NCBI GenBank assembly: GCA_030390025.1 | Contig: CM059427.1 | Location: 29,140,001 to 29,204,000 of the forward strand | Length of the DNA stretch: 64,000 nucleotides | Direction of reading: 5' to 3' | From: Squalus acanthias | Lineage: Eukaryota | Part shown: positions 12,746 through 24,700 of the stretch, piece after piece | Layout: every line of letters begins with the position of its first letter | Numbering within the stretch: position 1 is the first letter of the stretch | The notes under the pieces: model-generated | Database searches by the model: none | Seen by the model: the letters and a program-made list of their open reading frames with translations, nothing else | What the model was told of the DNA's origin: nothing | Translations under genes and position numbers: made by a program

Positions 12746-13079
12746 ATTTGCCAAACCTACCTACCAAAGCCAACGTGAGTTACCCAAAAGAAAACATGGC
12801 TATCCTCATGAAACCTTTTTATTGGTATACAGCAGCAGAATTAATGGGTAGGCAAGTCAACAAATACGGTAAAAAGACTAACCCCGGAGACCCTGCGCTC
12901 CTAGGACACAGTACCGACCCCACTTGGGCAGAAATCTGCTGAACTGGCGGACGGCAGCTTGAACACCAATAAAATGTCTCAGGACTCCAGCCCCTTCCTC
13001 CTCCCTGTGATTTCAGGCCACAGTGCCAGCAGCACGCACATTTCGCTCGCCCAGCGAGACAGTTACCGGCTGGAAGAAG

Positions 13080-13300
13080 CCACAGATGGCGCCGCTGTCG
13101 AAGCGAGCTCACCTTCCGGACAACCTCTCCAAATCACCGGAAGTACAACCGCGGAAGGCTCGACTTTTTTGGTTGGTGGGGGGGGGGGGGGGGGGAGAAG
13201 CAGTGTTTTCTGGGAGGTGTAGGCCTTGCGGTGCGGAGAAGAGGCGAGGGCAGGCGGAGGACAACTACAACTCCCAGCGGGCTCCGCGACATGGCCGCTC
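13080..13300. promoter_or_regulatory. CpG-rich bidirectional promoter METTL8/DCAF17
   Basis: ETS/GABP sites (CCGGAAGT 13137-13144, CTTCCGG 13113-13119, GCGGAAG 13151-13157), two opposed ZNF143/THAP11-type motifs (13201-13223 minus; ACTACAACTCCCAG 13264-13277 plus), YY1-like AGATGGCG (~13084) and ACATGGCCGC (~13289). Splice donors face outward on both sides. Confidence 0.8.
13113..13170 (-). other. METTL8: Probable non-coding exon 1 of METTL8 (5' end approximate)
   Basis: Minus-strand donor AAG|GTGAGC at 13113/13112 inside the CpG-rich region; no ATG in the exon. Confidence 0.6.
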
Positions 13301-13410
13301 AGTTCCGCTGGCAATCATTTGTGGGGCGCAGGCGCGTGCTTCTTGTGTCCAGAGCTCATCCTCTTGCTCAGCACAGTGGAGAAGGAGGTATCAGAGCAGG
13401 AGTGGAGAGA
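13291..13410 (+). other. DCAF17: DCAF17 upstream exon with a strong-context ATG (40 codons, phase-0 donor)
   Basis: GACATGG start at 13291, open to donor AGA|GTAAGT at 13410/13411; encodes MAAQFRWQSFVGRRRVLLVSRAHPLAQHSGEGGIRAGVER. Confidence 0.6.
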
Positions 13411-13877
13411 GTAAGTGGGGCCTCTTCCATTCTGACGGTGCTACGTATTTTTTAAAAAATAAAAAAAAACAACGAAATACTTCCTTTATTGTATGTTTGT
13501 TGTTTTATTAGAATTTAGCCCATATTTAGGCTTAGTGATATTAATATACCATTGTGATGGACCATTGAAAGCATCGCTGGAACAAAACCTCATAAATGGA
13601 ATCATGCTAATTGTAGTTAAGTTTGATCAGGTGAAATGTCAGCTGTGGCTCAGTTGGTAGTACCCTCACCTCTGACTCAGAAGGTTGTGGGTTCAAGTCC
13701 CACTCCAGAGACTTGAGCACAAAAATCAAGTGCAGTGCAGTGCTGAGGGAGTGCTGCACTGTCGGAGGTGCCGTCTTTCGGATGAGATGTTAAACCGAGG
13801 CCCCGTCTGCTCTCTCCAGTGGATGTAAAAGATCCCGTAGTGCTATTGTGAAGATGAGCAGGGGAGTTATCCTCGGT

Positions 13878-14764
13878 ATAACAGAAAACGCTGGAAAAAC
13901 TCAGCAGGCCAGGCAGCATCCGTGGAGAGAGAAACAGAGTTTCAGGTCGAAGACCTTTTGTCAGAACTGGAAAAAAGCAGGAAAGGGAACAGATTTTAAA
14001 GCAAGTTTAGGGGCTGGGAAATGGGGGAGGGGATGAAAGAACAAAAGGGAAGGTCAGTGATGGGATGGAAGGTAGGAGAAGTAAAGAGGCATGAAGAGAT
14101 ATTCAAGGCAAGAGGAGATGGTAATGGGACAGGTTAAGGAACAAAGGATGGCTCTTGATGAAGTGTGAATTGCGCTGGCAGAATGAAGGACAGCTGCCAT
14201 GTGGGAGGGAAGAAAAAAAGGCACAAACAAAAAGTGTGGATGAAAAATATATATATGTGATGGGGGCTGAGGTTATGATCTGAAATTGTGGAACTCTATG
14301 TTGAGTTCAACAATTTCAGATCATAACCTCGGCCCCTATCACATATATATATATTTTATCCACACTTTTTGTTTGTGCCTTTTTTTCTTCCCTCCCACAT
14401 GGCAGCTGTCCTTCATTCTGCCAGCGCAATTCACACTTCATCTAGAGCCATCCTTTGTTCCTTAACCTGTCCCATTACCATCTCCTCTTGCCTTGAATAT
14501 CTCTTAATGCCTCTTTACTTCTCCTGCCTTCCATCCTATCACTGACCTTCCCTTTTGTTCTTTCATCCCCTCCCCCGTTTCCCAGCCCCTAAACTTGCTT
14601 TAAAATCTGTTCCCTTTCCTGCTTTTTTCCAGTTCTGACGAAAGGTCTTTGACCTGAAACGTTAACTCTGTTTCTCTCTCCACGGATGCTGCCTGGCCTG
14701 CTGAGTTTTTCCAGCGTTTTCTGTTGTTATTTTGGATTTCCAGCATCCGCAGTATTTTGCTATT
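13878..14764. mobile_element. Fold-back (palindromic) Penelope pLTR insertion
   Basis: Arms 13878-14296 and 14303-14729 are near-perfect reverse complements; 14-bp TSD GAGTTATCCTC(G/A)GT; right arm matches the Penelope 3' end at ~49610-49990. Confidence 0.88.
14631..14667 (+). ncRNA. Minimal type I hammerhead-ribozyme-like motif of Penelope pLTR
   Basis: AGTT-CTGACGA-A-AGGTC(TTT)GACCT-GAAA-CGT-T-AACT: core CUGANGA/GAAA, 5-bp stem II, palindromic ACGT stem III, stem I AGTT/AACT. Confidence 0.55.
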
Positions 14765-15389
14765 GAGTTATCCTCAGTGTTCTGGCCAATATTTATCCCT
14801 CAATCAACATAAGAAAAACAGATTATCTGGTTATTATCACATTTCTGTTTGTGGGAGCTTGCTGTGTGCAAATTGGTTGCCGCATTTCCTATATTACAAC
14901 AGTGACTACAATTCAGAAGTAATTCATTGGCTGTAAAGCGCTTTGGGGTGTCTGGTGATTGTGAAAGGTGCTATATAAAGGCAAGTCTTTTTTATTTTTT
15001 TATTTATGAATGTTTAATTTCAATGTTCATTTTACACGATTTTAGAAGTCATGCTTTTTTTAATGAATCTGACAGCAGGATGGCAGCAAAGTCGAGTTCG
15101 TCCTTATACACACCTATGTCTAAGCATTAGATTTTTAAATTTAATAATATTAGAATAGAACTCAAACGTACTCAAAGACAACCTGTTGTAACTTCAAAGA
15201 GGTGGCTTGTCAGCTTTCTCTGCAGAAAGTTCTGCGGAATGATTACAAAAACCAACACTGACGATATTTATTGTTTTTTCTTTATCTTCCACATTTTTTC
15301 TGTTTGTTTTATTAAACTTCCTTTTATTCAATTTAATTGCTATCTTAATTTTTGTCTTTTTAGTTTGTGTGTGATATATATAATCTCCA

Positions 15390-15885
15390 AAAAGCAAAAT
15401 ATTAAAGAAGCTGAAAACCTGCAACAAAACAGAAAACACGAGACACTCAGCAGGTCCAGCAGCATCTATCAAGAAAACATATTTCAGGTATAAATCCTTC
15501 CTCAGAACTAAAAGATATTGCAGTTGAACATCAATTAAGAAGAAACAGAACAAGGAAAAGGGGACTGAGGCTGGATGGGGACACACACACACACTACATC
15601 CACACACAGGAAAATACATAAAATGACCTGTAAAGTCCGAAGTAAAGATTCACCACCCCAGCACCAATCCGTTCACCTTCCCCATCTCCAGAAATTGGTA
15701 CATCCATCCGACATTGGCAGTACCTCCTGCCAGAGAGAAGGTGGCAGCTATAGTTAAGGTCTGAAGTTGGTAATGTCAGTATTAAGGCCAGAGGGATGCA
15801 AAGTGCCTAGTAGAAAGATGAGATGCTGTTCCTCCAGCTTGCAGTGGAACAGTGCAGAAGGCCGAAGACAGAGAGGGAATGGGGG
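15390..15885 (-). mobile_element. Decayed Penelope 3' end/pLTR fragment
   Basis: Reverse-strand similarity to ~49500-49990 (CTCAGCAGGTCCAGCAGCATCT; AAGATGAGATGCTGTTCCTCCAGCTT). Confidence 0.6.
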
Positions 15886-16544
15886 AGAGAATTTAAGTGT
15901 ATTAATATATTGTCTTGTTTCGTTTTACCCCTTTCAGTTATTGATATACAGTCCCCACCGCTTATAGTGGGCACGTGGGTGTTAATGCTATTTGCCCACT
16001 GTATGAGGTGGATAGTAAAAGGAGTAGAGCTTGGCTTTTTCGGCTAGAGGGGACCACTGATAAAAGCAGAGAGTCATAGAGTTATACAGCACAAAAGATC
16101 TCCCACATGGATTCTGAAACCAGCGCAGAAGTGCCTCCTCGACCAACCCACACTTACCCTCGTGCTTCCTTTTTCTGTCAGGGTTGGAATTTTGATTCCA
16201 TTCAGTGTACTGCTTTTCAGCTGTTTCTTGAAGTTGGCGACAGTAGATTTTGGAAGACTGAGGTGCTGCACGAGGTCACGATAGTTCATTCATTTTGCTT
16301 ACGAGGTTAATTTTCATGCTGAGGCTCATGCCTTTCCTCTTTCCAGCCATTTTTGCTGCTGCAGTCAGTGTTGATTAGTGCAAGCTGTAACCTGACTCTA
16401 CTTAGAAGATCCAAAGTAATCCCACTTTAACAATGTGCGATCTGCTGATGAAACAGCTGAGTCTTCCCAAAATAGCCAGCACGTTAAAAGCAGTTAGCAT
16501 TAATTGCATGGTATAGACGGTTGCCTGCCGTAAATGCGGGCCTT

Positions 16545-18118
16545 ATAAGATGAGATAAACATAGTGAGAAGGGAAGTATTAAGGGGTTTAGCATCTTTGA
16601 AAGTAGATAAATCGCCAGGCCCGGATGAAATGTATCCCAGACTGTTAAGAGAAGCAAGGGAGGAAATAGTGGAGGCTCCGACCATCATTTTCAATTATCG
16701 CTGACTACAGGTGTGGTGCTGGAGGACTGCTAACGTTGTACCGTTGTTTAAAAAGGGAGAAAGAGATAGACCGAGTAATTATAGGCCATTCAGCCTAACC
16801 TCGGTGGTGGGCAAATTGTTGGAAAAAATTTTGAGGGACAGTATAAATTGTCATTTAGAAAGGCACAGATTAATCAAGGACAGTCAGCATAGATTTGTTA
16901 AGGGAAGGTCGTGATTGACTTTTTTGAGGCGGTAACAAGGAGAGTTGATGAGGATAGTGCGTTTGATGTAGTCTACAAGGCTTTTGACAAGGTCCCACGT
17001 GGCAGACTGGTCAGAAAAGTAAAAGCCCATGGGATCCAAGGGAAAGTAGCAAGTTGGATCCAATATTGGCTCAGTGGCAGGAAGCAAAGGGTAATGGTCG
17101 ACAAACGCATTTGTGACAGGAAAGCTGTTTTCAGTGGGGTTCCGCTTTTTGCGGTATACATCAATGATTTAGGCTCCAATGTAGGGGGCATGATTAAGAA
17201 GTTTGCAGATGATACAAAAATTGGCCATGTGGTTGATAGTGAGGAAGAAAGCTGTAGACTGCAGGAAGATGTCAATGGTCTGGTCAGCTGGGCAGAAAAG
17301 TGGCAAATGGATTCAATCCGGAGAAGTGTGAGGTAATGCATTTGGGGAGGGCTAACAAGGCAAGGGAATACACAATAAATGGTAGGATACTGAGAAGAGT
17401 AGAGGAACAGAGGGACCTTGGAGTGCATGTCCACAGATCCTTGAAGGTAGCAGGACCGGTAGATAAGGTAGTTAAGAAGGCATATGGGATACTTTCCTTT
17501 ATTAGCCAAGGCATAGAATATAAGAGTAGGGAGGTTATGCTAGAAATGTATAAAACACTAGTTAGGCCACAGCTAGAATACTGTGTACAGTTCTGGTCAC
17601 CACATTACAGGAAAGATGTGATTACACTAGAGGGTACAGAGGAGATTTACAAGGATATTGCCAGGACAGGAGAATTTTAGCTATGAGGAAAGTTTGGATA
17701 GGCTGGGTTTGTTTTCTTTGGAACAGAGAAGACTGAGGGGAGACTTGATTGAGGTGTATAAAATTATGAGGGGCCTAGATTGAGTGGATAGGAAGGACCT
17801 TTTTCCCCTAGCAGAGGGGTCAATAATCAGAGAGCATAGATTTAAACTAATTGGTAGAAGGATTAGAGGGGAGTTGAGGAGAACTTTTTTCACCCAGAGG
17901 GTGGTGGGGGGCTGGAACTCACTGCCTGAAAGGGTGATAGAGGCAGAAACGCTCATCACATTTAAAAAGTACTTGGATATGCACTTGAAGTGCCGTAACC
18001 TGCAAGGCTACGGACCAAGAGCTGGAAAGTGGGATTAGGCTGGATAGCTCTTTTTCGGCCGTCACCGACACGATGGGTCGAATGGCCTCCTGTGCCGTAA
18101 ATTTTTATGATTCTATGA
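16545..18118 (+). mobile_element. 5'-truncated CR1 LINE (RT, frameshifted)
   Basis: SPGPD, KAFDKVP, FADD and [10 protein letters not shown] motifs; TTCTATGA tail. Confidence 0.9.
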
Positions 18119-18602
18119 TAAGTTGTGGGGCCTGTACTCCTGTAGTTTTTGCAGCTTGATTTTCTTGTAGCTAAAGTGCATTCACACTACAGTTGTAGCA
18201 ATGCTGCAATTGTAGTGGAATCTGGTGTTAGGACCTGACCTGACCTAACACTACCTCTCCGATTACTTCACGCATAAAGTTACCCTTTGGTTAATAGGAA
18301 ATGTGGGCTTGAATGTGGCAATGTAGGCTGAAGCATCTTCATTCAAGCTATCTTGTGATAATGATGAGCTGTTGCCTTCCCAATGTAAAAAAAAAAGTGT
18401 ATTTACTATGTGTTTTAAAAATATTCAGGCTTTCACACTTAAAAAAAAATCTTTCACAGATCCGATCAACTGGGGAGGAACTGGATTTCCACTTCTGACA
18501 TTGTGTCAGATATGCTGATACCGAAAACGTAATCTCAAGTTCCATTACAAGGAGCCTCAGGGCAGCAAACATCAACAGTTTAGTAATTAAACCATCTATA
18601 AA

Positions 18603-18755
18603 ATGTATGGTACAAGAAAGTCTACCAATATTTCATGTTTACGGAAAAAAAGTTACATTTGCATTTTGTCTGCAAGATCTCTTGGTTTGTATGGAAATGA
18701 AGATGGTTCTGTGCACAGAAAAAACTTGACCATCCTCCGTCAGTTAGTATGTCAG
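18603..18755 (+). CDS. DCAF17: DCAF17 coding exon 1 (probable exon start 18460)
   Basis: [51 protein letters not shown]; in-frame TAA upstream at 18588-18590; donor CAG|GTGAG; acceptor CTTTCACAG at 18459. Confidence 0.88.
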
Positions 18756-21700
18756 GTGAGTTGTGGTCAGTGTTGCATCTAACAGTATTCCACAATCTTT
18801 TAATGTATTAAAGATTTTGTATCCAACATGCACCTCCTGTTTGTCATGTTTGCACACTTTTTATTGTCACACTTTGTTGATTGGCAGCAATGAGGCAATA
18901 CAAATATGAAGAACAGAGGAGATTATTGAGTTATTTTATAGAAGTGTTTAAAATTATGAAGGGATGGGACAGAGTAGAAAGAAACAGCATGTTTCCAGTG
19001 ATTGAGAGGTCTAGAACTTGGGACATATGTATAAGATTAAATGTATGAGATTTAGGAAAAAGAACAGGAGGAACTTTTTTCTTTACATAGAGGGGGTTGT
19101 GAGGCTGTGGCATGTGCAATTGGAGCTGCTGATTAAAGTAGAAACAATGTCAACATTTAAGAATAGGTTTGACTGGTGGTAGGAGGAAAGAAGAATAAGG
19201 AATATAGGAATAGGGCCTCATGAGCGGATGCTGCAAGTCTGAAATGCAGCATAAATTGCTGGAAATACTCAGCAGGTCAGGCAGCATCTCGACCTGAGAT
19301 GTGAGCTCTGTTTCTCTCTCCACGAATGTTGCCTGACCTGCTGAGTATTTGCAGCTTTTTCTGTTTTCTCAGAGGCCTTCCTTTACTATCCAAGGCCTTG
19401 AAAGCATCCAGCAGCACTCCCTACACACTTAAAAGTATTTTTTTAACATCTATTGCAGCAAGTCACTACTTCAATAAAAATTTTAAAACCCAGTCCAAAA
19501 GCTTAAATGCAAACTTACATTAAAAAAATGTGTGTCCCTTTAAGAGGTGCTGACAGCGCCTCTGTCAGTCTCTTTACATGCTGGGTTTCCCTGGCGTGGT
19601 TATGACCCAGCGCGGAACTCAGCGCTAGGGTCGAAGTTGGCCATGGTGACGTTAAGTCGGCGTGCCATCACCAATCTGCCATTTTTTTTTGCAGGGCGCT
19701 AACACTTGCCAGCAGCGCTACGGAGAGGACCTGCCACCAGCTGGTGAAAGAATGGTGGCGCCGTTCTTTCACCATTATTTGCTGGTAACGGGTGGTGTTA
19801 AGCCCCCGAATTTTTAGCCTGATATTTTTGGCCAAAGCTTTGACTGGTAGCTGAAGGTGGATCCTGCAGTCTGAACATGTTCAGTGTGCACAACTTCTAG
19901 GATGCATCGGTACCATTAGTTAGCCCCTCTCATCAGATTTAAAAATGGACAGTGGTGTCCATTTAGCATTAGTTCACACATGGAAGCGTTTAGGCAAATA
20001 AAACCCCAACATGATCTCCAGCACAACATAACAAAAGGTTCTGAGGATGAGTCAGCTTTTACATTTATCATGAGTTAATTTTGAATTGGTTAACTTTCTT
20101 TTACAACAAACTTGAATTTAATTGTTAATGACACCATCTCTTTTTTAAATAGTGGGAATCTTTTTATAATGAAATCTCTCGTCATATACAAGTGTCACTA
20201 TCAGGAGTGGGCTGATTGATCATAATGGGAAGTATAACTGACATTAAAGCAGTACAGCCCACATTTAGTGCAAAACATTTCTATTTTAACATGTTAAAAA
20301 TAGTATGTCATTGCGCATTTTCGTCACACTTCAGCATCACAACTTGTATGCAAAATTTCTTGCAGTTCATTTGGCTTAAATTTCATATTTGTAAAGCAGC
20401 AAATCAGAACAGAGATAGTAGCAATGAATGAATTGTAAGTGAGGAAAGCGGCCAGGATACTACAGTACTATGAAAAGAAGTAATCCTGAATGACCAGTGA
20501 GGAGAAAGGTGAAGGTAAACTAATCAAATTATTCTGAAAATTGAGCTGCTATTTTGAATTTCACTTAGCTAAACTTCCAGAACTAAATCCAATAAATGGA
20601 ATGTAAGAAATCCATTAAAAATTATATGATTCAGAATAAAACACTTAAAAGTAAATCATTAGAAAAATAATGGGCCGTATTTTGCAACCCCTATGGGTGC
20701 TTGTAGGGGCCGCGCACGTTCCGGGTTTAGGCATGCGAAGCACATGCGCTAAAACCAGGAACTTGCGATCTGTCAAGCATCTTCTTGACAGATCCTCCGC
20801 ATCCCCGGGAGATGGGCCACTGCGGGTGGAGAGTTGCGCTATTTGCCCAACTTCCGCCTGCTGAATGCCCATGAAATTACCAGCATAAGAGTTTAAAAAA
20901 ATAGAAAAATAAAATTTTATCACTCATTTATACATTAAAAACCCTGTCCAATAAGGTAAGTTTATTTTTAGCCCCGTTGAAACATATAAAAAAAAATTCA
21001 AAAAATTACATTTTTGTTTTAAGATATTTAATTAAATGGCATTGTAATTAATTTTAAATATGTAATTTTTTATTTCTTTCATGTGTTCGTGTATTTTATA
21101 AGTGATCCCCATTCATACTTATGGGAGTTCAGTACGTACGGAACTCCAATAAGTATGAATGGGGATTCCCTTTTATTGGTTGGGCCGGCCCACATGATCC
21201 CAGGGGCGCTTGCGAACCGCATGCGCCCCTGGGATACGTGAACCTCTGCCCGCGGATACCCGGAGAGGCCCAGGATCGTAAGCCTCCGTATCTCCCGGGC
21301 CACCAGGTAAATGCGTAGATATTTTACAGGTCGGAGGCATCCGCCCGCGGGAAGCCTCCGATCGCAAATGTTGGGCCAATATATCCTACATTGAGCACCC
21401 CCCGCCCCCCCAAGTACTGCAAAAAAAAACATACTCTGTTTCCAATCCTCAGTACTCCTTCCACAGTGCTGTCAAACCACAAGACCATCCACTCAGTGCT
21501 ACTAAATCACAGGGACCCTCGTACTGCTAATTTCCAGGACCTTCCTTAGATCTGCTTTTATATTCTTCGTATAATTGGATACCCATAACTGTACACAGTA
21601 CTCTCACTGCAGCCTAATAAGATCTTGTGCAAGTTCAACGGTGCCTCCTTGCTTTTGTTTGTCATTTTATGGCCTTACCTACTTGCATAGCTACCTTTTA

Positions 21701-24700
21701 ATGACCTGTGGAGCTTTCAAGACTGAGATCGATAGATTTTTGCTTAGTAAGCGTATCAAGGGATATTGAACTAAGTTGGATAAATGGAGTTGAGATCCAT
21801 ATCAACCATGATCTAATTGAATGGTGGAGCAGGCTCGAGGGGCTGAATGGCCTATATGTATTTACACATCAAGGTTCCTCTACTCCATTTTCAACTAAGC
21901 ACATAGTGGGCTTAAGTCTTAAGTACAAAAGTGTCTATAATTTTACACTAATAAAGGAAGAAGTTACATTGATGTGTCTTCAATAATGTCAGAACATCCC
22001 ACTGTGCTTCACAGCCAGTGAAGTACTTTTGAAGTGTGGTTACTGATTAATGTAGGCAAACTTGGCAGCCAATTTGCACACAGCAAGATCCCACAAACGG
22101 GAACAGATAAATTACTAGCTAATCTGTTTTAGTGATGTTGGAGAGATTAATGTTGGCCAGGATACTGGGAGAACTCTTCTGCTCTTCGAATAGTGGCATG
22201 GGATCTTTTACATCCACTTGAGAAGGTAGACGGAGCCTTGGTTTAACATCTCGTCTGAAAGACGGCACCTCTGATAGTGCAACACTCAGTATTGCTGAAG
22301 TGTCAGCCTATATTATGTGCTCAAATCTCTGGAGTGGGGCTTAATACATTAAAACATGGATTCCCCTCCGAGTTGCTGGTAATGGGTTAGCACTGATAAA
22401 TGACAAAAGGACTGGTAACATTTTGGTCACTCCAGAATGAACACACAGCTGGAATGGACTCTTCAGCATTTGGAGTTGAGGTACAGTACTCATCAAGATG
22501 GGTTCCCTGCTAACAATCAGCAATGAAAACAGGGCAACTGCAGTTAACTGACCTTGGAGATTCCACTGCTGAGTTGAGAATAAGAGACAGTAAATACGAG
22601 GTATAGCCTAAGGTGTATGTGTACTGAGAAACTTTAAAAAGAATTGTAGTATGAAACTATTTTAACGAAAGACTTCCTACAAGTCTTCAATCAATTTCTA
22701 GCAAACAATGTGATAATCTTCCAATTACTTGTTGTTTTTAATTAAATGTGAATGGTGGAGCCAATTAGTTGATTTGCCTATTAAATGTTGAAGACCTCCC
22801 TGCTGTTTTGTATTGTGATCTGATTACTACCTCCCAATGAATGAAAGTTAGAAATTTCTTAGAAAAAGATCCAATATGATTAATTTGCTATCTTTCAGAA
22901 GACTACAACTTTTGAGAGTGTTTGGACAAAACAATCTCATTCACCAGTGATTTATGAAAAAGGAAGGATTTACTTTGACAATTACAGATGTTGTTTTTGT
23001 AGGTAAGTCAAACATAGTTATAGAATTAAAAGAAAAATGTATGACAAAATATGCGCCACATGTCACGTTGCGCAATCATTAAATTATAGCGATATAGAAT
23101 ATGGCTCAAAAACATGACACAAACCAAATGGGGATCAGTTAGAGCCCTGGATTATTTGCATATTTCTGCAGAATGTACATTTGCAGCTGCAAATGCCTCC
23201 ATTGAAATGTTTATTGTTGTGTGTCAGTACTGGCCCTCAGCCGACCTTGCTGTATGAATTGCCTAAACTTCACAAGTCTGAGAAGATTGAGGATGCACTA
23301 CTTTGCGAGTCTCCTGTGGTGAGTTAATAATTTAATATTTGTAAAAGTGAAAAGTTATTTAAAAAAAACTCCTATCAATGCTACAGTATTCCTTTACCTG
23401 GACTTCCTAGAAACCTATAGTGCCATCTCGGACAAAATAAAGCAGTTTGCCCCCCTATAGGCATCTGTGCGGAGGCAGCATCTCCTTTTTATTTTTCTCC
23501 CCAGGGATATTTGCATGTCCTGACAGATTCCAGGCACAGACCCAAGTCATGACTGAGCCATGCACCTGAACAATGGGGAGGTATGTGTGTGTGCGCTGCT
23601 GAGATCGGGGTCTTCCGGCTGCTGTTGGAGATAGAAATTACCCATGACTTTTCTTTTAAATTATCTTAATCCTTTACCTGGATAATCTGGCCTGTCCTCA
23701 GAACTCTCACTGACCCTCTGGTCCAGCTTCTCATTTGCACCCCTCCACTGGGTCACCAAAAGGGCAACAATCCAGGAAAATGTAGGAGGTCTAGAACACC
23801 GTTTCCTTCTCATTAAATTAGCTACACTAGGCCTGCACCTACTACAGGTAATGCTTGCTGGGTAAACTCCAGGGAATCCTGGGGCAGCGAAGGTAGGGTG
23901 CAGAACTGACATAATGGACCTCTGTGCCTTTTTCCTCTGCCTTGCACTGGGGAATGCCTATTCCCCATATATAAGCCAAAGGAAAATCTACCCTAATAAC
24001 ACTTCTGCTATTTAAGTTCCTGTAACTACTTGTATTTTTTCTGCCATATTGTAGAAATTGTTTTAACAATCACTAGGTGATTTATTTCAAATAAATTGTT
24101 TGAAATGAATGTAACTCCTTTTAATTAAGGGGTATTTTCCCAATCTACTGTAGAGGTTTGAACAACATGGCATGCAAGAGAATGGGATTAAGAATGAGAC
24201 AGGTCATTGAGCCCATTCACTCACTGATTGGAAGAATGGCTGAGATTGTTTTTGAGACAAATACTTCTATTGCCATCTTGCTACAGACCGAATCATACTT
24301 AAATGGGATCGTGCCCAATTTTTTTTTTTAGAACAAAATCAGTTAATTCTTTGAGTTTAGTGGCAGTTTGTTTCTTTGGTTCATAAACCTTAAATTGCGT
24401 TTTAGAAAGGAACTTCAGCGCGGAAGTAAGTTAAATGATGTCTACTTATTAGCCCTACTGTAGTCATGTGGAGATAGTGGCCTTGAAATTACACAGTGGA
24501 ATACTGATTTACAAATTCTTAATGTGTTCATCTGAGATTCCGATGTCCCTTATTTTAGTGGGGATGTTAACCTATTTATTTTTAAAGGGAGAACGCATCC
24601 ACTAAAATAGAAAAGAGGAATTTTAGATAAATACATTAAATGTTCCGTGGCTTAATTTCTAGGTTGTTCATTATTTCTCCTGGATCAATTTTTAGCCTTC

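Larger units (their letters stand above)
13638..14990 (+). mobile_element. Deu-domain tRNA SINE (SacSINE1/AmnSINE-like), split by a Penelope-derived insert
   Basis: A box TGGCTCAGTTGG 13646-13657, B box GGTTCAAGTCC 13690-13700, Deu core GGAGGTGCCGTCTTTCGGATGAG...GGATGTAAAAGATCCC; body resumes at 14765. Confidence 0.85.

Noticed and set aside
13023-13511. 162-aa and overlapping ORFs across the CpG island
   Set aside because: Expected in GC-rich DNA; they run through the G18 tract and a splice donor and show no recognisable domain.
13638-13705. tRNA gene
   Set aside because: A and B boxes are present but continue straight into a Deu-SINE body, so this is a SINE head.
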